A DNA stretch of 64,000 bases from Prevotella sp. (GTDB taxonomy: Bacteria; Bacteroidota; Bacteroidia; Bacteroidales; Bacteroidaceae). Location of the stretch: assembly GCA_017645905.1 (NCBI GenBank), contig JAGCNO010000127.1, positions 3,756 through 67,755 of the forward strand, given 5' to 3'. The stretch's first letter is position 1, and each line of letters begins with the position of its first letter. Position numbers and translations under genes: made by a program. Below are positions 17,576 through 27,254 of this stretch, in pieces. The notes under the pieces were generated by a model. The model worked only from the letters and a program-made list of their open reading frames with translations, searched no databases and was not told where the DNA came from.

Positions 17576-18883
17576 CTTACGCTTCTCTGGATTAAAGAGA
17601 AGGGCGAAGGCCACGCCGATGACGAGGGCGAAGGCTGCGAAGACGAACCAGCAGTTCTGCCAGTCGCCGAGCAGGTAGCCGTCCTGCCACTGGCAGAAGT
17701 GGTTGACTATCTCGCCGGCGGTCAGGGTGCCCACGGTGGCGCCGATGCCGTTGGTCATCATCATGAAGAGTCCCTGTGCCGAGGCCTTGATGTCGGGGGC
17801 GCACTCCTGGTCTACGAAGATACCGCCTGCAACATTAAAGAAGTCGAAGGCCACGCCATAGACAATACACGACAGGACAAAGAGCAGCACGCCGGGCATG
17901 GCGGGATTTCCCAAGCCGAAGAAGCCGAAACGGAACACCCAAGCGAACATGGCCATGAGCATGACGACCTTGATGCCGTAACGACGGAGGAAGAAGGGTA
18001 TGAGGAGTATGCACAGGGCCTCGCTGATCTGCGACAGAGAGGTGAGCAGCGTGGCGTTGTTGGCGGCGAAGGTGTCGGCAAAGGCCGGGTCGCCCTTGAA
18101 ACTGGTGATGAAGGGTCCGGCATAGCCGTTGGTCACCTGCAGGCACATGCCCAGAAGGGCGGAGAAGATGAAGAAGAGCGCCATTTTCTTGGTCTTGAAC
18201 AACTTGAAGGCGTTAAGGCCAAGCTGCTGGGCCAGCGAACGGCGTCCCTGCTTCGACTCTATCTTGCACTCGGGCAGGGTGAAGCAGTAGGCGAAGAGCA
18301 CCAGGCTGAGCACGCCAGAGACAAGGAACTGCATGTAGGTGTATTGGAACTTATGGGCGCTCTCGGCCAGGGTGAACGAGAAGCCGTTATCGTCCCACAC
18401 GGCACAGTTGACGAACCACATTGTGGCGATGAAGCCAATGGTTCCCAGCACACGGATGGGCGGGAAGTCCTTCACGGTGTCCATGCCATTGTTCTTCAGG
18501 ATGGAGAAGGCCGCGGTGTTCTGCAGGGCGATGGTGGGCATGTAGAAGCCTACGCTGATGGCATACATCGTGACGAAGGCGCTCTTGTTGGCCAGCTCAT
18601 TGCCGAAGCCCGACTGATAGCCCTGCCACCAGCAACAGAGCATGGCGGCGCCAGCCACGAGATGACAAAGACCCAGCAGTCGTTGCGGCTGGATATACTT
18701 GTCGGCCACGATGCCCATGAGGGTGGGCATGAAGATGGAGACAAAACCCTGGATGGCGTAGAACCAGGCTATCGACGAACCCAGGCCGGCAGTGCCGAGA
18801 TAATTGCCCATGCATGTGAGGTAGGCTCCCCAGACAGCGAACTCCAAGAAGCTCATTACTGCCAAACGTACTTTCATGTTCAT
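17558..18883 (-). CDS. MFS nucleoside:H+ symporter (NupG/XapB-like)
   Basis: MSFLEFAVWGAY, FPPIRVLGTIGFI, SAQGLFMMMTNGIG; about 12 hydrophobic segments. Confidence 0.88.
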   Translation of the reverse strand: MNMKVRLAVMSFLEFAVWGAYLTCMGNYLGTAGLGSSIAWFYAIQGFVSIFMPTLMGIVADKYIQPQRLLGLCHLVAGAAMLCCWWQGYQSGFGNELANKSAFVTMYAISVGFYMPTIALQNTAAFSILKNNGMDTVKDFPPIRVLGTIGFIATMWFVNCAVWDDNGFSFTLAESAHKFQYTYMQFLVSGVLSLVLFAYCFTLPECKIESKQGRRSLAQQLGLNAFKLFKTKKMALFFIFSALLGMCLQVTNGYAGPFITSFKGDPAFADTFAANNATLLTSLSQISEALCILLIPFFLRRYGIKVVMLMAMFAWVFRFGFFGLGNPAMPGVLLFVLSCIVYGVAFDFFNVAGGIFVDQECAPDIKASAQGLFMMMTNGIGATVGTLTAGEIVNHFCQWQDGYLLGDWQNCWFVFAAFALVIGVAFALLFNPEKRKQTPNS

Positions 18884-18925
18884 AGTCTTTTGGTTATTTC
18901 GTTATTACGGTATTTCGTTATCACG

Positions 18926-19156
18926 TTATAATAGCTGCTGACCATTATAATAGGCCCGGAGCTGTCCCTGGTCATCGGGGCAGAGGACGACCTCGCCGGG
19001 GAACCACTCTGTCTGTGGTAGCTCCTGAGTCAAGGGATACCACCGGACGACCACTCCTGACTGAATCTCCAGGACTGAGGGAGTCGGCCAAATTGGGTTC
19101 TCCATCCCCGGCGGGAACACCAGCCTGTGACAGGCTATCCTTCTTTGTTTCTTCAT
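18926..19156 (-). CDS. Small hypothetical protein
   Basis: 76-aa ORF filling the gap to the permease gene; overlaps the DUF4296 tail. Confidence 0.5.
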   Translation of the reverse strand: MKKQRRIACHRLVFPPGMENPIWPTPSVLEIQSGVVVRWYPLTQELPQTEWFPGEVVLCPDDQGQLRAYYNGQQLL

Positions 19157-19937
19157 GTTTCTTATGGAATCTGATGAATTGCACGTTGCTCAGGAAGAGC
19201 AGACGAACGGTTGTTGTGCGGTCGTTGCCGTCGCCGAGGTAGAAGAATCCGCGCAACTCTTTCAAGTCGCCATCATCATAGGCGGGGATGTTGAGTTGGG
19301 TGATGCCCGAGGAAAGGAAATGAAGGTTGCGCGAGATAGTGGTGTCACGACCATTATCATCCTCGTAAGTACAGGCCAGATAGACGACACCGTTCTTAGA
19401 ACCATCCTGATAGACGTAGTCGCTCATGAACTGAAGGAGGAAACTGTCGCCACGCTGATAAGTGGAGTCCACGTCGAGGCGGAAGTCCCAGCGGTTGTAA
19501 GGCGGCGTGGGCATCATAGCCATACGGGTGCGGTCGGCCCAGATGTTAGCAGTATCACCAGTAGCGTTCAGCGAGGCGTACTTTCCTATCTCGCCTTCGG
19601 TGGCACCAAGGATGAGGGCACGTTCCTCCAATCGCTCAGCCACACGCTTATAAATGGCCTGAAAACGGTCGGCACGGGTGTAATAATAGACCATTGAGGA
19701 GTCGAACTGCTCCTGCGTGATACCGTGCTTTCGGAACACAGACTGCAGGCACTTGGCCTGGAAGAAAGGAATAGAGTCGTAAGAAACGTCACTGTTGTGG
19801 GCCAAGGCACGGACAAGGTGATAGTCCACCAGGATGTCCTCCATGTCATCGGGCTGGATATACTGGCTCGGCGTCGTAGGGATGCAGGACGCAAGTATCA
19901 GCAGAAGGGGAGCGAAAACCATTCCTTTCATATTCAT
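18972..19937 (-). CDS. DUF4296 lipoprotein
   Basis: Lipobox LASC; MEDILVDYHL, VFRKHGITQEQFDSSMVYY; follows lspA. Confidence 0.8.
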   Translation of the reverse strand: MNMKGMVFAPLLLILASCIPTTPSQYIQPDDMEDILVDYHLVRALAHNSDVSYDSIPFFQAKCLQSVFRKHGITQEQFDSSMVYYYTRADRFQAIYKRVAERLEERALILGATEGEIGKYASLNATGDTANIWADRTRMAMMPTPPYNRWDFRLDVDSTYQRGDSFLLQFMSDYVYQDGSKNGVVYLACTYEDDNGRDTTISRNLHFLSSGITQLNIPAYDDGDLKELRGFFYLGDGNDRTTTVRLLFLSNVQFIRFHKKHEETKKDSLSQAGVPAGDGEPNLADSLSPGDSVRSGRPVVSLDSGATTDRVVPRRGRPLPR

Positions 19938-19968
19938 ACTCCTTTCTCCTTTTACTCCTTGAGATTCC

Positions 19969-20658
19969 TTACTCTTTTACACCTTCATTTTCTTGTACTT
20001 CCTTTACCTCTTCCTCAACTTGTTTATCTTCTTCACCCTTCAGGGACAGGTGGCTAATCTCCTTGTGGTAGAACAACAGAAGCGCTGCCACGCCTACGGA
20101 GATGCTGGAGTCAGCGATATTGAATATCGGACTGAAGAAGAGGAACCGTTCCCCACCCCACCACGGGAACCACTCGGGATAGGTGGTGTCGATGAGCGGG
20201 AAGTAGAGCATGTCGACCACCTTGCCCATGAGGAAGGGCGCATAGCCATTGCCGAAACCCACGTAGTGGCTTACTGCGAAATAACCGGAGGCATCGAAGC
20301 ACAGCCCGTAGAACATACAGTCGATGAGGTTTCCTGCCGCTCCGGCCAGCACCATCGACAGGCAGATGATGTAGCCCCACTTAGCCTTAGGCTTATGAAC
20401 CTGCAGCCAGATGTAGTACGACAGGAAGCCGATGGCCACCACACGGAAGAGCGACAGCGCCAGCTTCGAGCCTATCTGCATGCCATAGGCCATGCCGTTG
20501 TTCTCTATAAAATAGATGTAGAACCAGTCGGTGATGCGGATGCTCTCGCCGAGCGTCATCGAGGTCTTCACCCAGAGCTTCACGGCCTGGTCGATAAGGA
20601 GGATGGCAATGACCAGTATCACCGCCATCCATCCCTTGGATAATTTACAATTTGACAA
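19969..20658 (-). CDS. lspA: Lipoprotein signal peptidase
   Basis: DQAVK, ENNGMAYG, GAAGNLID, VVD, FNIAD motifs. Confidence 0.93.
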   Translation of the reverse strand: MSNCKLSKGWMAVILVIAILLIDQAVKLWVKTSMTLGESIRITDWFYIYFIENNGMAYGMQIGSKLALSLFRVVAIGFLSYYIWLQVHKPKAKWGYIICLSMVLAGAAGNLIDCMFYGLCFDASGYFAVSHYVGFGNGYAPFLMGKVVDMLYFPLIDTTYPEWFPWWGGERFLFFSPIFNIADSSISVGVAALLLFYHKEISHLSLKGEEDKQVEEEVKEVQENEGVKE

Positions 20659-20680
20659 GTTACTATTTACAATTAAATCC

Positions 20681-21079
20681 TCAAATCTGCTTGCGCTGTT
20701 TCTCCAGCTGTTTCGACTCCACGCTCAGCGTAGCATGGGGCACGGCGCGGAGACGCTCTGCGGGAATGAGCTTTCCCGTAATGCGGTCGATGCCGTAGGT
20801 CTTGTTCTCGATGCGGATGAGAGCTGCCTTCAGTCCCTGTATGAACTTTTGCTGGCGTGCGGCAAATGACATGAGGTCATCCTTCGTCTGTGCCTCGCTG
20901 CCTTCCTCCAGTGCCTTGTAGGTCGGTGAAGTATCGTCCACGTCGTTACTGTCCTTGTTTGTAAGGCTGGCCATCAGCTGGTCATAATCGCGCTTTGCCA
21001 GTTCCAGTTTCTCAATGATAATCTGACGGAACTCCTCGAGCTCCTCGTCAGTGTAGCGTGTTTTCTCTGCCATGGTCAA
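20681..21079 (-). CDS. dksA: TraR/DksA family regulator
   Basis: ALIRIENKTYG...IPAERLRAVPHATL; coiled coil; ileS-dksA-lspA synteny. Confidence 0.85.
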   Translation of the reverse strand: MTMAEKTRYTDEELEEFRQIIIEKLELAKRDYDQLMASLTNKDSNDVDDTSPTYKALEEGSEAQTKDDLMSFAARQQKFIQGLKAALIRIENKTYGIDRITGKLIPAERLRAVPHATLSVESKQLEKQRKQI

Positions 21080-21115
21080 TAGAATTTACAGATTTTCAAT
21101 TTACGTTTTGTTAGT

Positions 21116-24100
21116 TTAGTTTTTAGTAACTTTGATATTCAGGCTGAAGTCATCAAACTCCACTTCCTGTCCATCGTTATTCTCAATTACCAGACTGTCA
21201 GCAAGCACCTGGCGGGCGATGTAGTCGCCGAAGGCCTTGATGGCATTTGTCGATGCCTCGTTTGGTTCAATGCTAACGGTGACACGGTCGGTTATTTCCA
21301 GTCCACTCTTCTTGCGAAGGTTCTGGATGCGGTTCACCAATTCACGTGCCATACCCTCAGAACGGAGCTCGTCGGTGATAGTGATATCGAGTGCCACGGT
21401 GATATTGCCTTCGTTACCCACGAGCCACCCGGGGATGTCCTCGCTGATGATTTCCACGTCGGCAGCCTCGATAAGGAGCTGCTGTCCCTCCACATCGATA
21501 GGCAGCGTGCCCTGCTGCTCCAGCAGGCTAATCTGCTCCTGTGAGAGGGCATCAACGGCAGCAGCTACGGCCTTCATCATCTTGCCGAACTTCTTACCCA
21601 TCGTACGGAAGTTGCACTTCACCTTCTTCACCAGAATACCCTGTCCTTCAACGAATTTCACTTCCTTGACGTTCACCTCCTGGAGGAAGATTTGCTTCAC
21701 GCTTTCGATATCCTCGCGCTGCTTGGCATCTACGGGCGGAATCATTAACGTCTGCAGGGGCTGCTTCACCTTGATGCTCTCCTTACGGCGCAGGGCGAGC
21801 ACGATAGTGGTGATGCGCTGTGCCACCTTCATGCGCTGCTCCAGATTGGTATCGATGAGCGACGTGTCGGCCTTGGGGAAGGTATCGAGGTGTACGCTAT
21901 CACATTTTCCGCCCAAGTCACGATAGAGCTGGTCGGCGTAGAAGGGTGCGAAGGGAGCCAGCAGCTTGGCGACAGTCATCAGACAGGTATAGAGTGTCTG
22001 ATAGGCGGCCTGCTTGTCGGCATCCATCTCCTTGCCCCAGAAGCGTTTCTTGTTCAGTCGCACGTACCAGTTGCTAAGGTCGCTATCCACGAAGTCGTCG
22101 ATAAAGCGACCGGCACGGGTGGGGTTAAAGTTGTCGAGTTCCTTCTCCACATTAATTATTAATGTGTTCAGGCAAGAAAGAATCCAGCGGTCGAACTCAG
22201 TATAGTTGAGCGTTGAGGGTTGAGAGTTGAGAGACCAGCCATCCACGTTGGCATACATGGCGAAGAGGGAGTAGGTGTTGTAAAGCGTTCCGAAGAAGCC
22301 ACGCCTTGTCTCTGCCACGCCCTCCTGGTCGAACTTCAGGTTGTCCCAAGGCTCAGAGTTGGTCAGCATGTAGAAGCGTACGGCATCAGAACCGTACTTC
22401 TCAATCATCTCGAAAGGATTCACCACATTGCCCACATGCTTCGACATCTTATTGCCCTTGGCGTCAAGCACCAATCCGGTGGAAATGACGTTCTTGAAGG
22501 CGACCGAGTCAAAGATCATCGTGGCGATGGCATGGAGGGTGAAGAACCAACCACGCGTCTGGTCAACACCCTCATTGATAAAGTCAGCAGGATAGGCTAT
22601 GCCTTTGTCTATCAAGTCCTTATTCTCAAAGGGATAATGGAACTGAGCGTAAGGCATAGAGCCAGAGTCAAACCACACGTCAATGAGATCGGCCTCGCGC
22701 TTCATGGGCTTACCCGTCGACGAAACAAGTGTGATATAGTCCACGTAGGGGCGGTGCAGGTCGATGCGGTCATAGTTTTCCTGGCTCATGTCACCGGGCA
22801 CGAATCCCTGCTCCTTCAGCAGGTTCTTGTCCATCACGCCGGCTTTGACGGCCTTCTCCATCTCGTCGTAGAGTTCCTCGACGGAACCGATGCACAGCTC
22901 CTCGCCGTCCTCGCTTCGCCATATGGGCAGCGGAGTACCCCAGAAGCGCGAGCGAGAGAGGTTCCAGTCGTTCAGATTAGCCAGCCAGTTGCCGAAGCGA
23001 CCGCTACCCGTAGACTCGGGATGCCATCCGATGGTCTCGTTCAGTTGGCTCATGCGTTCCTTGCACGCTGAACTCTTAATAAACCAAGAATCAAGGGGAT
23101 AGTAGAGCACGGGCTTGTCCGTACGCCAGCAATGTGGATAGCTGTGTACATGCTTCTCAATCTTGAAGCACTTGCCTGCGGCCTTGAGGTCCATGCAGAT
23201 GCTGATGTCGAGTGTCTCGTCCTTATCGGTGAGGTTCTCGTCGTAGGCGTTCTTCACGTAACGGCCGGCATAACGGCCCCACAATTCCGTATTCACATAA
23301 TCCTTGACGAACTGCGAGTCCATATCCTCGGTGAGGAAGTATTTACCTTGGAAGTCGACCACGGGCCGTTCCTGTCCCTTCTTATCGATAACCACGATGG
23401 GCACGATGCCGGCCTTCTTGGCCACGAAAGCATCGTCGGCACCGAAGTTCGGTGCGATATGAACGATACCGGCACCGTCATCGGTAGTGACGTAGTCACC
23501 AAGAATGACGCGGAAGGCATCGCCCATAGGTCGTATCATAGGCAGCAGCTGCTCATACTCCAGACCCTCGAGGTCGGTACCCTTGTAGCGTCCTACCACA
23601 CGATAAGGTATGAACTTCTCACCCTTCTTGTATTCGGGCAGTTCGCCGCCGTCGGTAATCTCTCCAGCTGTGTCGAAGTAGGCAGGCACGCGGGCCTCGG
23701 CCAGGATGACAACAATACGCTCGGCGGTATAGGGATTATAGGTCTCTAAGGCCACGTAGTCAATCTTCGGGCCTACGCAGAGTGCCGTATTAGCAGCCAG
23801 TGTCCAAGGCGTAGTGGTCCAGGCCATGAAATACCAAGACCCTCCCCCAACCCCTCCCTCTGAGGGAGGGGAGTATATAGACTTGCTGTCCGTTTTATCA
23901 GCTAAGGAGGTATCTACTCCCCTCCCTGCAGGGAGGGGCAGGGGGTGGGTCCTAAACAATGCCGTACACGTCGTATCCTTCACGTCACGGTAGCAGCCGG
24001 GAAGGTTCAGCTCATGGCTGGAGAGACCGGTACCGGCAGCGGGCGAGTAAGGTTGGATGGTGTAGCCCTTATAGAGCAGGCCCTTCTGGTAGAACTGCTT

Positions 24101-24610
24101 CAGCAGCCACCACAGGGTCTCGATATACTTGTTGTCGTAGGTGATATAGGGATTGTCGAGGTCCACGAAGTAGCCCATACGTTCCGTCAGGTCACGCCAC
24201 TCGGCGGTGTACGTCATGACGTTCTCACGGCACTTGCGGTTATATTCCTCGGTAGAGATATATCGTGGCGACTCAGGATTGTCAATGTCGGCCTTGGTGA
24301 TGCCGAGGGCCTTCTCCACGCCCAGCTCTACGGGCAGTCCGTGGGTATCCCATCCGGCCTTGCGCTTCACCTGGAAGCCCTGCATGGTCTTGTAGCGGTT
24401 GAACGTATCCTTCAGCGCACGGCCCAGCACATGGTGAATGCCCGGGTGTCCGTTGGCCGAGGGAGGACCCTCGTAGAAAACAAACTGTGGACAGCCCTCG
24501 CGCTCCTCAACGGAGCGGTGGAAAATGTCCTCGCTCTTCCACTTCTCAAGAATCTCATTGTTCACCTGTGTCAGGTTCAAGCCTTTATGCTCGGCAAATT
24601 TCTTCGACAT
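21116..24610 (-). CDS. ileS: Isoleucine--tRNA ligase
   Basis: GPPSANG, GWDTHG, WTTTPWT, KMSK; start set at MSKKF (24610), downstream of the promoter box. Confidence 0.97.
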   Translation of the reverse strand: MSKKFAEHKGLNLTQVNNEILEKWKSEDIFHRSVEEREGCPQFVFYEGPPSANGHPGIHHVLGRALKDTFNRYKTMQGFQVKRKAGWDTHGLPVELGVEKALGITKADIDNPESPRYISTEEYNRKCRENVMTYTAEWRDLTERMGYFVDLDNPYITYDNKYIETLWWLLKQFYQKGLLYKGYTIQPYSPAAGTGLSSHELNLPGCYRDVKDTTCTALFRTHPLPLPAGRGVDTSLADKTDSKSIYSPPSEGGVGGGSWYFMAWTTTPWTLAANTALCVGPKIDYVALETYNPYTAERIVVILAEARVPAYFDTAGEITDGGELPEYKKGEKFIPYRVVGRYKGTDLEGLEYEQLLPMIRPMGDAFRVILGDYVTTDDGAGIVHIAPNFGADDAFVAKKAGIVPIVVIDKKGQERPVVDFQGKYFLTEDMDSQFVKDYVNTELWGRYAGRYVKNAYDENLTDKDETLDISICMDLKAAGKCFKIEKHVHSYPHCWRTDKPVLYYPLDSWFIKSSACKERMSQLNETIGWHPESTGSGRFGNWLANLNDWNLSRSRFWGTPLPIWRSEDGEELCIGSVEELYDEMEKAVKAGVMDKNLLKEQGFVPGDMSQENYDRIDLHRPYVDYITLVSSTGKPMKREADLIDVWFDSGSMPYAQFHYPFENKDLIDKGIAYPADFINEGVDQTRGWFFTLHAIATMIFDSVAFKNVISTGLVLDAKGNKMSKHVGNVVNPFEMIEKYGSDAVRFYMLTNSEPWDNLKFDQEGVAETRRGFFGTLYNTYSLFAMYANVDGWSLNSQPSTLNYTEFDRWILSCLNTLIINVEKELDNFNPTRAGRFIDDFVDSDLSNWYVRLNKKRFWGKEMDADKQAAYQTLYTCLMTVAKLLAPFAPFYADQLYRDLGGKCDSVHLDTFPKADTSLIDTNLEQRMKVAQRITTIVLALRRKESIKVKQPLQTLMIPPVDAKQREDIESVKQIFLQEVNVKEVKFVEGQGILVKKVKCNFRTMGKKFGKMMKAVAAAVDALSQEQISLLEQQGTLPIDVEGQQLLIEAADVEIISEDIPGWLVGNEGNITVALDITITDELRSEGMARELVNRIQNLRKKSGLEITDRVTVSIEPNEASTNAIKAFGDYIARQVLADSLVIENNDGQEVEFDDFSLNIKVTKN
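23837..23953. repeat. 117-bp palindromic doublet (family A) in frame in ileS
   Basis: Same 39/39/39 layout and arms as 9051-9167. Confidence 0.9.
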
Positions 24611-24663
24611 ATTATAATAATGTATATAAGAGGTCTGAAACCCCATGTTTTTTCTTTGGCGTG

Positions 24664-24671
24664 CAAAGGTA
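24664..24671 (-). promoter_or_regulatory. -7 promoter box of the ileS operon (TACCTTTG)
   Basis: TAnnTTTG consensus. Confidence 0.65.
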
Positions 24672-24769
24672 AGCATTTTTTTTAATCCCGCCAAAAATGT
24701 AAAGATAAAATTTGTTCAAATCGGGAAAAGGGTATACTTTTGCAGTCAATAATAACAATGACAGCCCTG

Positions 24770-24832
24770 AGTTTCCAGTAAGGAAACTGGTAGTTCCACC
24801 AGAGGAAACTGTGAGTTTCCACGTAGGAAACT
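24770..24832. repeat. Three AGTTTCC-N5-GGAAACT dyads at 22-bp period
   Basis: Units start at 24770, 24792 and 24814. Confidence 0.85.
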
Positions 24833-25225
24833 AAGGGAGAGAACGGCTCATTCCACAACAATAATCCGTTCAAGCCCTAAGACCCCACTATCCTCCTTCT
24901 AAGTATTCGTAAATAAGTTACTGAATCCACTTAAGAAAGTGGGCTCAGTTATTTATGATCCATTCGTGGTCATTCGTGAACATTCACGTGAGAGAAATCT
25001 TACAGATAACATTACCAAGTTATATCATTACGGTCACTAAAAAGAACGTACGCCTCCTTTTTTTCCGACACTCCAATCCTATAAAACGTAAGCCAAAAGC
25101 AGAAAAACGGAAAAACTTTTGGCTGTTCCGTTTTTTGTTAGTAATTATGCAAGGGAAAATTATCTAATCACACATTCTTTCTGACTCACAACAATTTATC
25201 TGTTAATTTTCTAAATAATTGCAAC

Positions 25226-26179
25226 ATGAACAAAATGAAATTCTGGTTATCTGCCTGCCTTATGCTGGCAACCATTTCCTCGAAGGCCGACATTGCGGCC
25301 ACAGTAATGCTTCACCACAACGGGAAAACAACACTTTTCCAATGGAACGAAGTGCAGAACGCCGTCGATGCAGCTGCCGATGGCGACACTATCTACTTAG
25401 CGGAAGGCACATTCTCAGCCTTCAACGTTAACAAACGCATTATGGTTCGCGGTACGGGGCCGAAGACTATTGTACAGGGAATGTGTTATATTAACATTCC
25501 TGGAGAAGCACCATTGGGAATGCCAGTGCTCGATGCCATTTGTTTCAGCGAAGACATATATGTTTATAGTGCCTACAAGCAGTTTACGTTGCGCAAGATA
25601 AAGGCACAGAACCTGCGCTTTCACAACACTAGCAATTTCTATGACATGAAGCTTTTCTGCTGCCAATTCACTGGCTATCTATGGCTGAGGCAGAACATTA
25701 AGGAGTTCAATGCTTTCAATTGTAAGATATACAGATTACATCCAGAGGACTATAAGAGTGGCAAAGTTACATTTGAACATTGTAATATTAGCTTGATAAC
25801 CGACACCATCGTGGGGGCAACATTCAACAGTTGTGCATTAAAAGAATGTAATAAGAATAGTCAGGGATATAACATTACGAATTTCTTCTCATGTGTATTT
25901 GACAATTGTGTGTTTTACTATTATAATGGATATTATTTAGGATGGTCCAACTGTAATATGATTAATTGTACTAAAGATAGTAATGTTGATATAAACTTTA
26001 ATGGAACAAGTGGCTCAAAAACATATATCAGTACCATTGACAACACATATATTGGTGCTTACGGCGGAACATATCCCTTCACTCTCTATCCTGCACTACC
26101 AACAGTGACCAAACACAGGTATTCTGTTGATGCAGCGAACAAGAAACTGAATGTAACTCTAACAGTGGACAAAAGGTAG
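25226..26179 (+). CDS. Secreted Cys/Asn-rich protein, probable beta-helix
   Basis: Signal peptide; AVDAAADGDTIYLAEGTF beta-helix cap; IGAYGG near the C-terminus; AT-rich middle. Confidence 0.7.
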   Translation: MNKMKFWLSACLMLATISSKADIAATVMLHHNGKTTLFQWNEVQNAVDAAADGDTIYLAEGTFSAFNVNKRIMVRGTGPKTIVQGMCYINIPGEAPLGMPVLDAICFSEDIYVYSAYKQFTLRKIKAQNLRFHNTSNFYDMKLFCCQFTGYLWLRQNIKEFNAFNCKIYRLHPEDYKSGKVTFEHCNISLITDTIVGATFNSCALKECNKNSQGYNITNFFSCVFDNCVFYYYNGYYLGWSNCNMINCTKDSNVDINFNGTSGSKTYISTIDNTYIGAYGGTYPFTLYPALPTVTKHRYSVDAANKKLNVTLTVDKR

Positions 26180-26185
26180 CGGGTT

Positions 26186-27079
26186 ATGAAGAAGAGGCGA
26201 ATTTTCCTCATCCTCGCACTCTGGGGCTGTCTGGCTACATACGGCCAAGGCATCTACTACGAGTGGTGGATAGACAACAACAGGACACACGTGCAGAGCG
26301 GCCGCTTCTCACAAGGCGAACAGACGGTGTCGTTCGACCTGTCGGCAATGCCTTATGCCGGACTCCACTTCCTGAACTTAGTTCCCTATGCCGACAATGG
26401 CGAGCAGGGGGTATGGAAGTGCATGGCATTCATGGTACCTGAGTGCTGGCCTGGCACGACAAATGCCGTGACTATGGAATACTGGGTAAGCAGCTACGAC
26501 AAAGTGCCCATCCGTAAAACTTTCACTGGGCCAAACATAGCTTTCGACATCGACATCAGCCGCATGAGCTACGGCCTGCACTTCCTGAACTACCGAACAC
26601 AGAACGAACGTGGAGAGTACGGACCTTGGAACCAAATCATGTTCTATATCAGTAACGGTGCTTTCGACCGTGAAGCCATGAGCTTCCAGTACTGGATTGA
26701 CAACGGAGAGAAGCATAATGGTACGGGCTACACCCCAGGCGAGATACCCCTGTCGATAAGCACCGAAGGTCTTTCCAAGGGCAAGCACACATTCTACTAT
26801 CGTGTCTGTTACTCCCAGAATCCTAGCGATGCCAATGCAACCTTTGGAGAGACGGTTTCCATGACATTCGAGCTGAAGGACTTGATAGGCGACGTGAATG
26901 GAGACGGTAATGTGGACGTTGCGGACATTGCTTGCGTCATCGACTGTATGGCAGGCAGTCAGACTGTGAATAAAACTGCTGCAGACGTTAACCAAGACAA
27001 TACGGTAGACGTAGCCGACATCGCCACAATCATTAGCATCATGGCCGCCAACGCAAGGATGACGATTATTGAAGATTAA
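26186..27079 (+). CDS. Secreted protein with three YEWWID-type repeats and a C-terminal dockerin-like domain
   Basis: GDVNGDGNVDVADI...ADVNQDNTVDVADI duplicated Ca-binding loops. Confidence 0.8.
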   Translation: MKKRRIFLILALWGCLATYGQGIYYEWWIDNNRTHVQSGRFSQGEQTVSFDLSAMPYAGLHFLNLVPYADNGEQGVWKCMAFMVPECWPGTTNAVTMEYWVSSYDKVPIRKTFTGPNIAFDIDISRMSYGLHFLNYRTQNERGEYGPWNQIMFYISNGAFDREAMSFQYWIDNGEKHNGTGYTPGEIPLSISTEGLSKGKHTFYYRVCYSQNPSDANATFGETVSMTFELKDLIGDVNGDGNVDVADIACVIDCMAGSQTVNKTAADVNQDNTVDVADIATIISIMAANARMTIIED

Positions 27080-27095
27080 TCTTTGTAAAATTGAG

Positions 27096-27141
27096 AAAAG
27101 CGTGTGAGCCATTAGGCGGCTTGGTGGTTTGCACGCTTTTT
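27096..27141 (+). terminator. Intrinsic terminator
   Basis: AAAAGCGTG...CACGCTTTTT hairpin. Confidence 0.7.
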
Positions 27142-27254
27142 CAAACTTATTTTGAGTTCTACCTGTGTAAAAATGTATAATTATCGGGCGGATTGTTTGG
27201 CAGTCCGCCTTTTTTGTTGTACCTTTGGCGGCAATAAACTTTAATCATAATATT

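Noticed and set aside
23837-23953. Intein or self-splicing intron in ileS/uvrA
   Set aside because: Only 39 codons, without Cys/Ser...His-Asn intein ends or group I/II intron features.
24611-24694. N-terminal extensions of ileS (also hicA, esterase, dapF and the last gene)
   Set aside because: The extensions run through TAnnTTTG promoter boxes or the upstream gene, and downstream ATGs fit the family N-termini.
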